This document shows, in pieces, positions 39,425 through 48,852 of a stretch of 64,000 bases of DNA. How positions within the stretch are numbered: the stretch's first letter is position 1; each line of letters begins with the position of its first letter. A model generated the notes under the pieces. The model had not been told where the DNA came from, did not search any database, and saw only the letters and a program-made list of their open reading frames with translations. The stretch covers positions 7,118 through 71,117 of the forward strand of contig CALJVA010000022.1 in the NCBI GenBank assembly GCA_937975135.1, in the 5' to 3' direction. The DNA is from an uncultured Thermoactinomycetaceae bacterium (lineage in GTDB: Bacteria > Bacillota > Bacilli > Thermoactinomycetales > CALJVA01). Made by a program: the position numbers and the translations under genes.

Positions 39425-40681
39425 TTAATCTACTTCCCGTAACACTTTCACTTTCCAGAGTACCAACAGCGTAAACAGAAGGAGAATGCTGCCGCAGACA
39501 GTCAGAATCCCAACCAAGGGTACCCCTACAGATAGAAGGGTGGCAATAATGCCGAAGGAGAGAGGGGTAAGACCCATTGAGGCGATAGACAGCATGGCCA
39601 TTACCCGTCCGATCTTACTGGGATCTGTCTGTTCCTGCATAAGGCTAATAACAGGAATATTGATGAGTGACAGAAAGGTCCCCATGATCCCTAACAGAAG
39701 TACACCTTGCCATAAGAGAGTAATTTGGGCAAGGAGAATCATAAGTAGACCGGGAACGAGCAGAAAAAGCAGGGCCAATAATCCCCGTTTTTTGCGTATG
39801 TTAAGTGCTCCAACCACAATACCACCGATTAAACTCCCGCCCGCAAAAGCACTCTCCATAAAGCTGAGATCCATAGCATCCCCTCGTAAAAGTTCATCCA
39901 CGATAAGAGGGATACCGATCATTAATGCGCCGGAAAAGAAAAAGTTGACAGCAGCCGATACTGCCATCAAGGCGATCAAAAAGGTAGAGGTTTTTACATA
40001 GCGAAACCCTTCGATAAATTCATCCCAGGCAGAGTATTCTTTTTCCTGATTGAAAGAGGGAGAATCTTTAATTTGAAAGACGAGTAGACCGGCGATAAGT
40101 AAAAGCACACTAACAATGCTAAAAGCTCCTGCAAATGACCACCAGGTGATGGCTACGCCTGCGATTACTGGCCCGATCACCATGGAGATATAGGCGGTGG
40201 TAGACAGTAACGAGTTGGCCCGCGTAAGCTGCTCCTTCTCTACAATTGAAGGGAGTAACGCATCCCGTGCGGGCCAGAAAAAGGCGTCCAAGGTACCAAA
40301 TAAAAAGGCGAATATTGTGAGCACCCAGAAGGAGAGCCCTTCAAAGAGGAGTAAGAGCACCATCCCGGCAACCAATATGGCTCGGGAAAAGTCTGAAAGG
40401 AAAAGAATCGTAGATCGACTAAACCGGTCGGCGATCACTCCGCTGATGGACATGAAAAGAATCCGTGGGATTGTTGTAGCAACCATTACCCAGCCTAAGG
40501 ATTCACTCATACCAAGTGCCTTTACGACATACCATTCTTCGGCAACTAAATAAAGGGATAATGTGATACTGGAAAAGATACTGGCAATCCATAGATAAAG
40601 AAATTTTTTGTTTTTGAGTAAGGATGCGGACTCTTTTTTATCTAGAGATGTGATTTCTTCTTGAGCCAATTCAGTTCCCAT
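39425..40681 (-). CDS. MFS transporter (DHA3/macrolide-efflux-like)
   Basis: About 12 hydrophobic helices, motif A-like GVIADRFSR, FFWPARDALLP and GRVMA. Confidence 0.85.
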   Translation of the reverse strand: MGTELAQEEITSLDKKESASLLKNKKFLYLWIASIFSSITLSLYLVAEEWYVVKALGMSESLGWVMVATTIPRILFMSISGVIADRFSRSTILFLSDFSRAILVAGMVLLLLFEGLSFWVLTIFAFLFGTLDAFFWPARDALLPSIVEKEQLTRANSLLSTTAYISMVIGPVIAGVAITWWSFAGAFSIVSVLLLIAGLLVFQIKDSPSFNQEKEYSAWDEFIEGFRYVKTSTFLIALMAVSAAVNFFFSGALMIGIPLIVDELLRGDAMDLSFMESAFAGGSLIGGIVVGALNIRKKRGLLALLFLLVPGLLMILLAQITLLWQGVLLLGIMGTFLSLINIPVISLMQEQTDPSKIGRVMAMLSIASMGLTPLSFGIIATLLSVGVPLVGILTVCGSILLLFTLLVLWKVKVLREVD

Positions 40682-40804
40682 GCTATTCGCTCCTCTGATG
40701 CAAAATTAAGGGTTGTTGTCAGTAAGGATAACCCTTCCCATTGAAAAGGAGGAGAGGCTAGGGATGGAATTTCGATCCGTCTAAGGATGGAGTTTTTGAT
40801 GCTC

Positions 40805-42514
40805 CTACCCTTTACGATTTCTCATAATTTGATGAACCTGTTCCTCATCAGGGGTAACATAGATGGTTTGCTGGTATTTATAAATCACAAAGCCTGGGCG
40901 GGATCCTGAGGGTTTATGTACATGTTTTACTAGCGTATAATCCACAGGAACTTTACTTGAGTGGCGCGCCTTGCTGTGATATGCGGCAAGCATGGCTGCT
41001 TCGTGAAGTGTGGCCGTACCAAATGATTTTGCCCGAATTACAACATGGGAACCAGGGATATCTTTGGTATGCAGCCAGGTATCTGAGGGCGAAGCAATTT
41101 GATGGGTAAGGCGATCATTTTGCTTGTTATTTTTTCCGACAAGAATCTGGATTCCCTCAGATGAGAAAAAGGTTGCTGGTTCTGGGAGTTCTTTTTTACG
41201 CCGCTTTTTTCTGTTGGAAGAAGGACGGAGCCAGCCTTCTTCTTCCAATTCTTCTCGGATCTGATCCACATCACGATAGGTAGCTGTTTCCAGTTGAACC
41301 AGTACCGACTCCAAATATTGATTGTCTGATTCTGCCTGGGAAATCTGCTCGTTATTCCATTTGCTCACAGATTTTGCTTTATTGTAGCGTTTAAAATAAC
41401 GTTGTGCATTTTCCGATGGGCTCAGTGCGGGATCAAGGGGGATGGTGATTTCTGGTGCATCTGGTTCATAATAGTTTTGCGCAACTAAAGTTTGATCCCC
41501 ACGCTGAATGTGGTCCATGTATGCCGTTATCAGCTCGCCATAGATCCGGTAAATATGGGCGTTTTCAGCTTCTTTAATTTCAGATTGCAATTTTTTTATT
41601 TTCTTCTTATTCTTTTCAATTTCGTTTTTGAGACGTCGGATCAAGCTATCTGTCTGTTGACGCGTACGATCACGCTCTGCTTTATCGCGGTAGAAGGCGT
41701 CTAAACAGGTACTCATAGTTGCATAAGAGGTTCTGTTCTTTAGATGAGTAAGGGAAATCGCTGCGAAGACTGTCTTTTTCCCTTGAGCGATCGTAGGCTC
41801 ATACTGATGGTTGGAAACTTTCGACATAATAGCTGAAAATACTTCCCAGAGCTGTTGTCGGTCGCCGAGTCCTGCGCGGAAGATGATCTCCTGAGCGGTT
41901 GGGGGACCGATGCCGGAAAATCTTTGAATCAATTGTTGATCCAGTTTTCCTTGATTAAAGTCCAAAGAACTGATAAAGCCATGATAATCGGCTGTTAATG
42001 GATTTTTTTTCTTCTGCTCAGGAGGTGGCTGATAGATTGCCCCAGGAGCGACGACTCGATGTCGACTAATAGCTGGAGTCACTCGGCGAATCCCATCCAT
42101 GATTTTTCCTGTAGTAGGATCCATCAAAATGATGTTGCTGTGTCGTCCCATGATCTCCACGATGATGCGACAAGTTGTTTCATCTCCTAGTTCATTACGG
42201 CCGCGAAGATCAAGATGAACAATTCGTTCCAATCCAACTTGAGAAATTTTTTCTACAATCGCTCCTTCTACATGCTTGCGCAGCAACATACAAAACATCG
42301 GAGGTTCTGGTGGGTTTTCTATAGGTACTTCGCTTAAGTGCATCCGAGAATAAGTTGGATGGGCGGAGAGTAAAAGACGTGAATTTTGTCCTTTGCTTCG
42401 AACATGAAGTAAGAGATCCGTAGCACTTGGTTGGTAAATCTTTGTAATGCGGCCGCCAACAAGGGATTGAAGTTCATGGGTGACGGCCCGTGTGACCAGT
42501 CCATCAAATGACAC
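40805..42514 (-). CDS. rqcH: Ribosome quality-control NEMF homologue (NFACT/FbpA)
   Basis: Motifs MSFDG, IYQP, FCMLLRKH, EIMGRHSNII, NAQRYFKRYNKAK, VGKNNKQND and WLHTKDIPGSHV. Confidence 0.95.
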   Translation of the reverse strand: MSFDGLVTRAVTHELQSLVGGRITKIYQPSATDLLLHVRSKGQNSRLLLSAHPTYSRMHLSEVPIENPPEPPMFCMLLRKHVEGAIVEKISQVGLERIVHLDLRGRNELGDETTCRIIVEIMGRHSNIILMDPTTGKIMDGIRRVTPAISRHRVVAPGAIYQPPPEQKKKNPLTADYHGFISSLDFNQGKLDQQLIQRFSGIGPPTAQEIIFRAGLGDRQQLWEVFSAIMSKVSNHQYEPTIAQGKKTVFAAISLTHLKNRTSYATMSTCLDAFYRDKAERDRTRQQTDSLIRRLKNEIEKNKKKIKKLQSEIKEAENAHIYRIYGELITAYMDHIQRGDQTLVAQNYYEPDAPEITIPLDPALSPSENAQRYFKRYNKAKSVSKWNNEQISQAESDNQYLESVLVQLETATYRDVDQIREELEEEGWLRPSSNRKKRRKKELPEPATFFSSEGIQILVGKNNKQNDRLTHQIASPSDTWLHTKDIPGSHVVIRAKSFGTATLHEAAMLAAYHSKARHSSKVPVDYTLVKHVHKPSGSRPGFVIYKYQQTIYVTPDEEQVHQIMRNRKG

Positions 42515-42834
42515 GCCGGTTCCTCCTTCTAAAATACTGTTCCTAAGTATAGCATGTGCATGAAAAAGTGTATAGAATCCAGGGGAGAATAGATCCTATA
42601 TCATTAGACCTGTATTTGCTTTATCGATCATTCAATCCGAAAATAATCATGTTTTACGCTAAACTATTCCATCATTGATCATATAATATTTTGTGGGTTG
42701 TAACTGTAAGATGATGAGTAAAGTACTACTGCAAGGAGCTTTTTAAGAGAAGAGGAAGGACCAATATCCATGATTTGATAGTTTCCGTCAATGTTGAGAT
42801 ATGGTAGCATCTTTAAAAGCGAGGTGAACAAATT

Positions 42835-44181
42835 GTGAACAAACAAACTTATTCTTCACTGGATTATATAAAGTTTATTCTCCCTTCATTGGTGGGGATT
42901 GTTCTCTTTATGATCCCGGTTCCCTTGGAGGAAGGATATACTATTCCAGTGGCTTGGTTAGCAAGTTGGTTACAGGAACTGTTGGCTGATGTGATCCCCT
43001 ATTTAACCTTACTCCTTATTGCTGTGGCGGCAGTAGGATCCTTGGTAGTTAAGATCACTAAGCCGAATGCCATCATGAATAATACTTTCTGGAAAGCGTT
43101 ATTTGATGTAAATCTCTTTTGGCTAATTGTTCGATTAATTGCTTTGGTGTACGTTGTTTTAGTCATTTTCAAGATTGGACCTGAAGCGATCTGGTCGGAA
43201 AATACAGGGGGACTATTGGTCTATGATCTTCTAGCGGTTCTATTTACGGTCTTTTTATTTGCTGGTTTCTTCCTTCCTTTGCTGATGGATTTTGGTTTAT
43301 TGGAGTTTTTTGGGACATTACTGACTCGTTTCATGCGACCTGTCTTTAAGTTGCCAGGCCGATCATCCATCGACTGTCTTGCATCTTGGGTTGGCGATGG
43401 TACGATCGGGGTATTGCTTACAAACAAGCAGTATGAAGATGGCTTTTATACCCAGCGGGAAGCCGCAATTATTGGTACGACTTTCTCTGTGGTTTCCATT
43501 ACCTTCTCCATCGTAGTTTTAAAACAAGTAGGGTTGGAGCATATGTTCTTTTCCTACTATGCGACGATTGTGCTTGCCGGTTTGGTCGCCGCCATCGTAA
43601 TGCCTCGAATTCCTCCTCTATCCCGTAAGGCTAATGTGTATGTGGATGGTTCTTCTACCCAAATTGATGAGTCGATTCCAGCAGAATACTCCGCCGTAGA
43701 ATGGGGCGCTCGGCTGGCTGCCGCACGTGCTAAGGGTCAAAAGGTTGGTAAAATTTTAAAGGGTGGCTATCAAAACGTCCTTGATATGTGGGTTGGTGTT
43801 GTTCCAGTAATAATGTCTTTTGGAACCACAGCCCTGATCCTTGCAGAATATACCCCCCTATTTAAATGGATCGGTTCTCCCTTTGTTCCCTTGCTTACTT
43901 TGCTTCAAGTTCCAGAAGCAGGGGAAGCTGCGCAAACGATGGTGATTGGGTTTGCCGATATGTTTTTACCTGCTGTAATCGGAAGTGGAATTGAGAGCGA
44001 AATGACCCGGTTTATTATTGCTTGTGTATCTGTGACACAGCTCATCTATATGTCAGAAGTGGGTGGGCTCTTGCTCGGTTCCAAGATCCCAGTGGATTTC
44101 AAAGACTTGGTTGTTATCTTCCTGCTTAGAACCTTGATTACACTGCCGATCATTGTTCTTGTTGCACATTTTCTTTTTTAA
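42835..44181 (+). CDS. YjiH-family gate-domain membrane transporter
   Basis: Motifs GLLEFFG, MRPVFKLPGRS, FSVVSITF and GFADMFLP; multi-TM protein. Confidence 0.85.
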   Translation: MNKQTYSSLDYIKFILPSLVGIVLFMIPVPLEEGYTIPVAWLASWLQELLADVIPYLTLLLIAVAAVGSLVVKITKPNAIMNNTFWKALFDVNLFWLIVRLIALVYVVLVIFKIGPEAIWSENTGGLLVYDLLAVLFTVFLFAGFFLPLLMDFGLLEFFGTLLTRFMRPVFKLPGRSSIDCLASWVGDGTIGVLLTNKQYEDGFYTQREAAIIGTTFSVVSITFSIVVLKQVGLEHMFFSYYATIVLAGLVAAIVMPRIPPLSRKANVYVDGSSTQIDESIPAEYSAVEWGARLAAARAKGQKVGKILKGGYQNVLDMWVGVVPVIMSFGTTALILAEYTPLFKWIGSPFVPLLTLLQVPEAGEAAQTMVIGFADMFLPAVIGSGIESEMTRFIIACVSVTQLIYMSEVGGLLLGSKIPVDFKDLVVIFLLRTLITLPIIVLVAHFLF

Positions 44182-44190
44182 GGGATGAGT

Positions 44191-44213
44191 GTAGCCGGGG
44201 TAATACCCGGCTG
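44191..44213. terminator. GC-rich hairpin after the yjiH-like gene
   Basis: GTAGCCGGG/CCCGGCTGC stem with no clear U-tract. Confidence 0.4.
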
Positions 44214-44337
44214 CATTTAAATGACCGAATATTCCGGAATTATAGTGGAAGTTTCGGTTTTCTCCTCCGAATAAGCATCTTTTAAGGCCTGTCTGAATAA
44301 TCTTCTAAAGATGCTATGGGACAAAGGAGGAGGGAAT

Positions 44338-47079
44338 GTGGCAGAAGAAAATCGCTGGGTAGATTGGGAGGGAGATGAAGTTGCCAAGTACTTTGACGTG
44401 GATCCAGCCCGTGGACTTTCTTCTGAGGAAGCAAAACAGCGGCTAGAACAGGTCGGTGCGAATCAGCTAAGTGAAGGCAAACAAGTCTCTTCAATCTCCC
44501 TGTTTATTCAGCAATTTCGTGACTTTATGGTCTTGGTCCTGTTGGCAGCGACCCTTATTTCGGGGCTTCTCGGTGAGTATACGGATGCGATTGCGATTAT
44601 AATCATTGTAATTTTGAATGCAATTCTTGGCTTTGTGCAAGAATTTCGCGCAGAAAAATCGCTCAGTGCCCTAAAAAAATTGTCCGCCCCTGTAGCCCGT
44701 GTACTTCGGGATAATGTTTGGTCTCGTATACCGGCAGCTAATTTGGTACCAGGAGATATTGTTTCCTTAAACAGTGGTGATCGAGTCCCGGCAGATCTTC
44801 GCTTGCTGCAGACTGAGAATTTATATATTGAGGAATCGGCACTTACCGGGGAATCAGTGCCTACCAATAAAAAATCCCATCGTCTTGCTAAGGGAGATCT
44901 CCCTCTTGGAGATCGTAAAAACATGAGCTATATGGGAACGATGGTTGTTCGAGGGTCGGGGATTGGGATTGTGGTAAACACTGGAATGGATACAGAGATG
45001 GGACGGATTGCACATCTGATCCAATCGACGGAAAAGATCGAAACCCCGTTGCAACGCCGTTTGGATCAATTAGGAAAAATCTTGATTATAGTAGCCCTGA
45101 TTTTGACTGGAGTAGTGGTTGCTACAGGCATTATTCATGGTCATGACGCATATAAAATGTTTTTGGCTGGGGTTAGTCTGGCTGTCGCAGCGATTCCAGA
45201 AGGTTTGCCAGCGATCGTAACCATTGCCTTGGCCCTGGGAGTACAGCGGATGATTCGACGGCGAGCGATTGTAAGAAAGCTGCCGTCGGTGGAGTCTTTG
45301 GGTTGTGCCTCCGTTATCTGTTCTGATAAGACAGGAACCTTAACTCAAAATAAGATGACTGTGACACGAGTTTGGGTGGAGGGAAGGTTAATAGAAGTAT
45401 CGGGGAGCGGCTATCATCCAGAGGGAGAATTTCGTTGGAATGGACGTTCCCTTTCACCTAGCAACGATCTACCTTTGCAACGGTTACTGGAAGTGGCTGT
45501 TCTTTGTAACAATGCGTTATTGATTCAAGATGTGGAGAAAACAAGTCTGCTTCGCCGCAAGCGAGAGGTATGGCGAATCGATGGAGATCCAACGGAAGGT
45601 GCACTTGTCGTAGCGGGTGCCAAAGCGGGTATGACAAAGAAACGGATGGAAAAAGAGTGGAGACGAATCCGAGAAAACCCCTTCGACTCTGAACGGAAAA
45701 TGATGTCCGTTTTGGTCCAAAATCGACAAGGGAAGCGATTTCTTTTTGCCAAAGGAGCTCCCGACGTTTTGTTGAAAAAGTGTACGCATATTTTATATAA
45801 AGGGCGAATAATGGCATTAAATGAGACGTTGCGAGCAGAAGTGCTTCGGAATAACGAACAATTGGCTGCGCTTGCACTCCGTAATCTGGGCTTTGCTTAC
45901 CGTGAGGTGAGACAAGTAGAGCGCTCCCAAGAGGGAGAAGCAATCGAGCATAGCCTAGTTTTTGTTGGACTAGCTGGGATGATCGATCCACCGCGGGAAG
46001 AGGTACGGGATGCGATTCATACTTGTCGCCGGGCAGGTATTAAGACAGTAATGATCACCGGAGATCATCAAACAACAGCGGTGGCGATTGCTAAGCAATT
46101 GGGTATTCTTCGCTCAGAAGGATTAACGGTAAATGGGAGCGAACTTACCCGTATGAGCGATGCTCAATTTCAACAGAAAGTGAATGAGATTGACGTATAT
46201 GCACGGGTGTCTCCGGAACATAAATTGCGGATTGTAAAGACATTGCAACAGCAGGGACATATCGTGGCCATGACAGGGGATGGAGTAAATGATGCTCCTG
46301 CAATAAAAGCAGCTGACATTGGAATTGCTATGGGACAGACTGGGACTGATGTTTCCAAGGAAGCATCCTCTCTTGTTCTTGCAGATGATAACTTTGCAAC
46401 GATCGTTTCCGCCATCGAAGAAGGACGCAATATTTATGAAAACATACGTAAGTTTATCAGTTATTTACTGGCTAGTAACGTCGGAGAAATTTTAGTGATG
46501 TTTTTGGCGATGTTAGCAGGTCTTCCTCTTCCCCTTGTTCCAATTCAAATTTTGTGGGTCAACTTAGTGACCGATGGCCTACCTGCGATGGCATTGGGGG
46601 TTGATCCTGTGCAAGGGGATACTATGAGCCGGCCACCACGCAATAGCCGCGAAAGCATCTTTGCTCGAGGGGTGGGGTGGAAGATTATCTCCAGAGGAAT
46701 TTTGATTGGCCTCTTTACATTGGGCGCTTTTTGGATTACTTATATGGAAACACCTGGCGATTTAGTGCGTGCGCAAACCGTAGCTTTCGCTACGCTGGTG
46801 ATTGCCCAGTTAATTTATGTCTTTGATTGTCGCAGTACACAGTCCATTTTCCACCGCAACCCATTTGATAATAAGCTTCTCATCTTGGCGGTTCTTTCCT
46901 CTCTATTACTGTTAATTGGGGTCATCTATTACGAGCCCTTACAGCCGATATTTAATACGGTATTTTTAGGTATGCGAGAGTGGATCTTAATATTTGTTGC
47001 TGCAGCATTTCCAACGCTGCTTGCAGGTCTGATGGATCGGATCTCTCCCTTTCGGCAAATACGTCACTCATCCACTTAG
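44338..47079 (+). CDS. yloB: Calcium-translocating P-type ATPase (SERCA-type)
   Basis: Motifs TGES, IPEGL, CSDKTGTLT, FAKGAPD, MITGD, TGDGVNDAPA and NLVTDG. GTG start after GGAGG. Confidence 0.92.
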   Translation: MAEENRWVDWEGDEVAKYFDVDPARGLSSEEAKQRLEQVGANQLSEGKQVSSISLFIQQFRDFMVLVLLAATLISGLLGEYTDAIAIIIIVILNAILGFVQEFRAEKSLSALKKLSAPVARVLRDNVWSRIPAANLVPGDIVSLNSGDRVPADLRLLQTENLYIEESALTGESVPTNKKSHRLAKGDLPLGDRKNMSYMGTMVVRGSGIGIVVNTGMDTEMGRIAHLIQSTEKIETPLQRRLDQLGKILIIVALILTGVVVATGIIHGHDAYKMFLAGVSLAVAAIPEGLPAIVTIALALGVQRMIRRRAIVRKLPSVESLGCASVICSDKTGTLTQNKMTVTRVWVEGRLIEVSGSGYHPEGEFRWNGRSLSPSNDLPLQRLLEVAVLCNNALLIQDVEKTSLLRRKREVWRIDGDPTEGALVVAGAKAGMTKKRMEKEWRRIRENPFDSERKMMSVLVQNRQGKRFLFAKGAPDVLLKKCTHILYKGRIMALNETLRAEVLRNNEQLAALALRNLGFAYREVRQVERSQEGEAIEHSLVFVGLAGMIDPPREEVRDAIHTCRRAGIKTVMITGDHQTTAVAIAKQLGILRSEGLTVNGSELTRMSDAQFQQKVNEIDVYARVSPEHKLRIVKTLQQQGHIVAMTGDGVNDAPAIKAADIGIAMGQTGTDVSKEASSLVLADDNFATIVSAIEEGRNIYENIRKFISYLLASNVGEILVMFLAMLAGLPLPLVPIQILWVNLVTDGLPAMALGVDPVQGDTMSRPPRNSRESIFARGVGWKIISRGILIGLFTLGAFWITYMETPGDLVRAQTVAFATLVIAQLIYVFDCRSTQSIFHRNPFDNKLLILAVLSSLLLLIGVIYYEPLQPIFNTVFLGMREWILIFVAAAFPTLLAGLMDRISPFRQIRHSST

Positions 47080-47097
47080 GGAAGAGGAGAAATAAAG

Positions 47098-47916
47098 GTG
47101 CGGTTTACGAAAATGCATGGATTGGGCAATGACTTTATCGTCATTGCTCGCGATCAACCTTTATCAAAGGAAGATTTTCTTTTAGCACCAACTTTATGTA
47201 ACCGCCGTCTGGGGATTGGAGCAGACGGCGTGGTTTTTATTTTACCTTCTTCACAAGCAGATTTTTTAATGCGAATTATCAATGCTGATGGTAGCTATGC
47301 AGAACAGTGTGGCAATGCGCTACGTTGTGCAGCGAAATATTATTATGAAACTATTTCGGATGAAAAAGAGATACTGAAAATAGAGACAGAAGTAGGCTTA
47401 CAACTTGCTTGGCTTACCGTCCAATCAGGGAAGGTTACCAATGTGCGTGTGGATATGGGTGCCCCGGTGATTCAAGAAAATTCTAAGATGAAGATTGAAG
47501 AGTTGGTGCAAATTGAAGGAGAATCCTTCTGGCTTACAAAAGTATCGATGGGAAATCCCCACGGCGTGGTTTTTGTAGAAGATGTGACCCATTTTCCTGT
47601 AGACAAGTGGGGTCCTAAATTAGAGACCCATACTCTTTTTCCCCAGAGGGCGAATATTGAATTTGTGAAGGTTCGATCCCCTCAAGAGCTTGAGGTACGG
47701 GTCTGGGAACGAGGAGTGGGTCGGACTTTAGCCTGTGGATCGGGAGCTTGTGCCTCTGTGGTAGCCGGAGTACTTACCGGTCGTACAGACCGGTCCGTAA
47801 CGGTTCACTTGGAAGGGGGACAGTTAGAGGTCCAATGGCTGGAAAATGGACATGTGTATATGTCGGGACCAGCACAAAAGGTGTTTGATGGCTGGTGGGC
47901 AAAGAAAAGTGTTTAA
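47098..47916 (+). CDS. dapF: Diaminopimelate epimerase
   Basis: Motifs KMHGLGNDF, CGNALRC, MGNPH and ERGVGRTLACGSGA. Confidence 0.96.
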   Translation: MRFTKMHGLGNDFIVIARDQPLSKEDFLLAPTLCNRRLGIGADGVVFILPSSQADFLMRIINADGSYAEQCGNALRCAAKYYYETISDEKEILKIETEVGLQLAWLTVQSGKVTNVRVDMGAPVIQENSKMKIEELVQIEGESFWLTKVSMGNPHGVVFVEDVTHFPVDKWGPKLETHTLFPQRANIEFVKVRSPQELEVRVWERGVGRTLACGSGACASVVAGVLTGRTDRSVTVHLEGGQLEVQWLENGHVYMSGPAQKVFDGWWAKKSV

Positions 47917-47926
47917 AGGCTTCGAG

Positions 47927-47962
47927 AAAAGACTGCCAGATAAAGAGTGGCAGTCTTTTTTA
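47927..47962. terminator. Intrinsic terminator after dapF
   Basis: AAAAGACTGCCA...TGGCAGTCTTTT plus T run. Confidence 0.85.
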
Positions 47963-47988
47963 TTTACAATAAGAACTCGGAAAATCAA

Positions 47989-48045
47989 TTGCGAAAAGTG
48001 TCACAATGTAACGATTTTGTCATCGAAATGTGATAATGTTCACAA
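47989..48045. promoter_or_regulatory. Fnr/Crp- or Rex-type palindromic sites upstream of the cba operon
   Basis: TGTGA-N6-TCACA (48029-48044, perfect) and TGCGA-N6-TCACA (47990-48005). Confidence 0.7.
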
Positions 48046-48195
48046 AGAAAATGAACGATCAATGAACGGTGATTTATAGGCCTTTTAAGCCTGTTTCTAA
48101 TGCCATATGATTAAATTAGAGAAAGAAATTACCCTGTTTTAAACATAAGATAGTGAAATTGTGAACAATAAGACCATTGAAGGAGGAAGCTCCAT

Positions 48196-48351
48196 ATGGC
48201 ACAAGCAGAGGTTAACCGAAGGAGGACTCCGGAAAAAAAGAAGTCATCGGAAGGAAAATCGCTGAAAGGTACGCTCGCTTCCGTCATGATCATGGGAGTT
48301 CTTATCATTGTTTCTTGGCTTGGAGTCTGGGCGTTATACCTGTCGCGCTAG
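48196..48351 (+). CDS. cbaD: ba3-type cytochrome c oxidase subunit IIa (51 aa; missing from the ORF track)
   Basis: AGGAGG RBS; MAQAEVNRRRTPEKKKSSEGKSLKGTLASVMIMGVLIIVSWLGVWALYLSR*. The LKGTLASV...W....LY..R single-TM pattern lies directly before subunit II. Confidence 0.85.
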   Translation: MAQAEVNRRRTPEKKKSSEGKSLKGTLASVMIMGVLIIVSWLGVWALYLSR

Positions 48352-48369
48352 GGGAGGAGAGTGGAAGGA

Positions 48370-48852
48370 ATGAAGATGCATCGATATGAAAAGATCTGGT
48401 TATTGTTTGGTACTGGGACACTACTTGTTTTCTTAATTATTGTAGGAATTAGTGCTTTCTACATGGGAAATCAGCCTCCCAGTTGTGCCGTTACCCTTGA
48501 TCCGCAAAAGGTAGATGAAACACCACCCTTTGATCAACCGGGGCTTAAACAGATTGGCGAAGATGAGTATCAACTTACAATTGTCGCTTCTGCCTTCAAT
48601 TATGACGTGGGTACTGAAGATAAAGTAGTTAAAATTCCCAAAGGTTCAACGGTTCATTTTAATGTGACAACGAAAGATGTTGTTCATGGATTTCAGTTGG
48701 TGGGTACCAATGTAAATATGATGTTGGAGCCTGGGTATATCAGCACTTACACCAATACCTTCAAAAAGCCAGGGAAATATACCCTGCTCTGCAATGAATA
48801 TTGCGGCGTTGGTCACCATCTAATGGCCGCAACAATTGAGGTGACAGAGTGA
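48370..48852 (+). CDS. cbaB: ba3-type cytochrome c oxidase subunit II (CuA)
   Basis: Motifs MHRYEKIW, one TM helix, DVVHGF and CNEYCGVGHHLM. Confidence 0.92.
   Translation: MKMHRYEKIWLLFGTGTLLVFLIIVGISAFYMGNQPPSCAVTLDPQKVDETPPFDQPGLKQIGEDEYQLTIVASAFNYDVGTEDKVVKIPKGSTVHFNVTTKDVVHGFQLVGTNVNMMLEPGYISTYTNTFKKPGKYTLLCNEYCGVGHHLMAATIEVTE

Noticed and set aside
40708-40736. AAGGGTTGT/ATAACCCTT inverted repeat upstream of the MFS gene as a regulatory switch
   Set aside because: It is adequately explained as a weak terminator for rqcH, and no leader peptide or alternative stem was found.
42520-42834. Riboswitch or T-box in the long rqcH-yjiH divergent gap
   Set aside because: No T-box, lysine, glycine or SAM consensus and no terminator before the gene; it is probably just divergent promoters.
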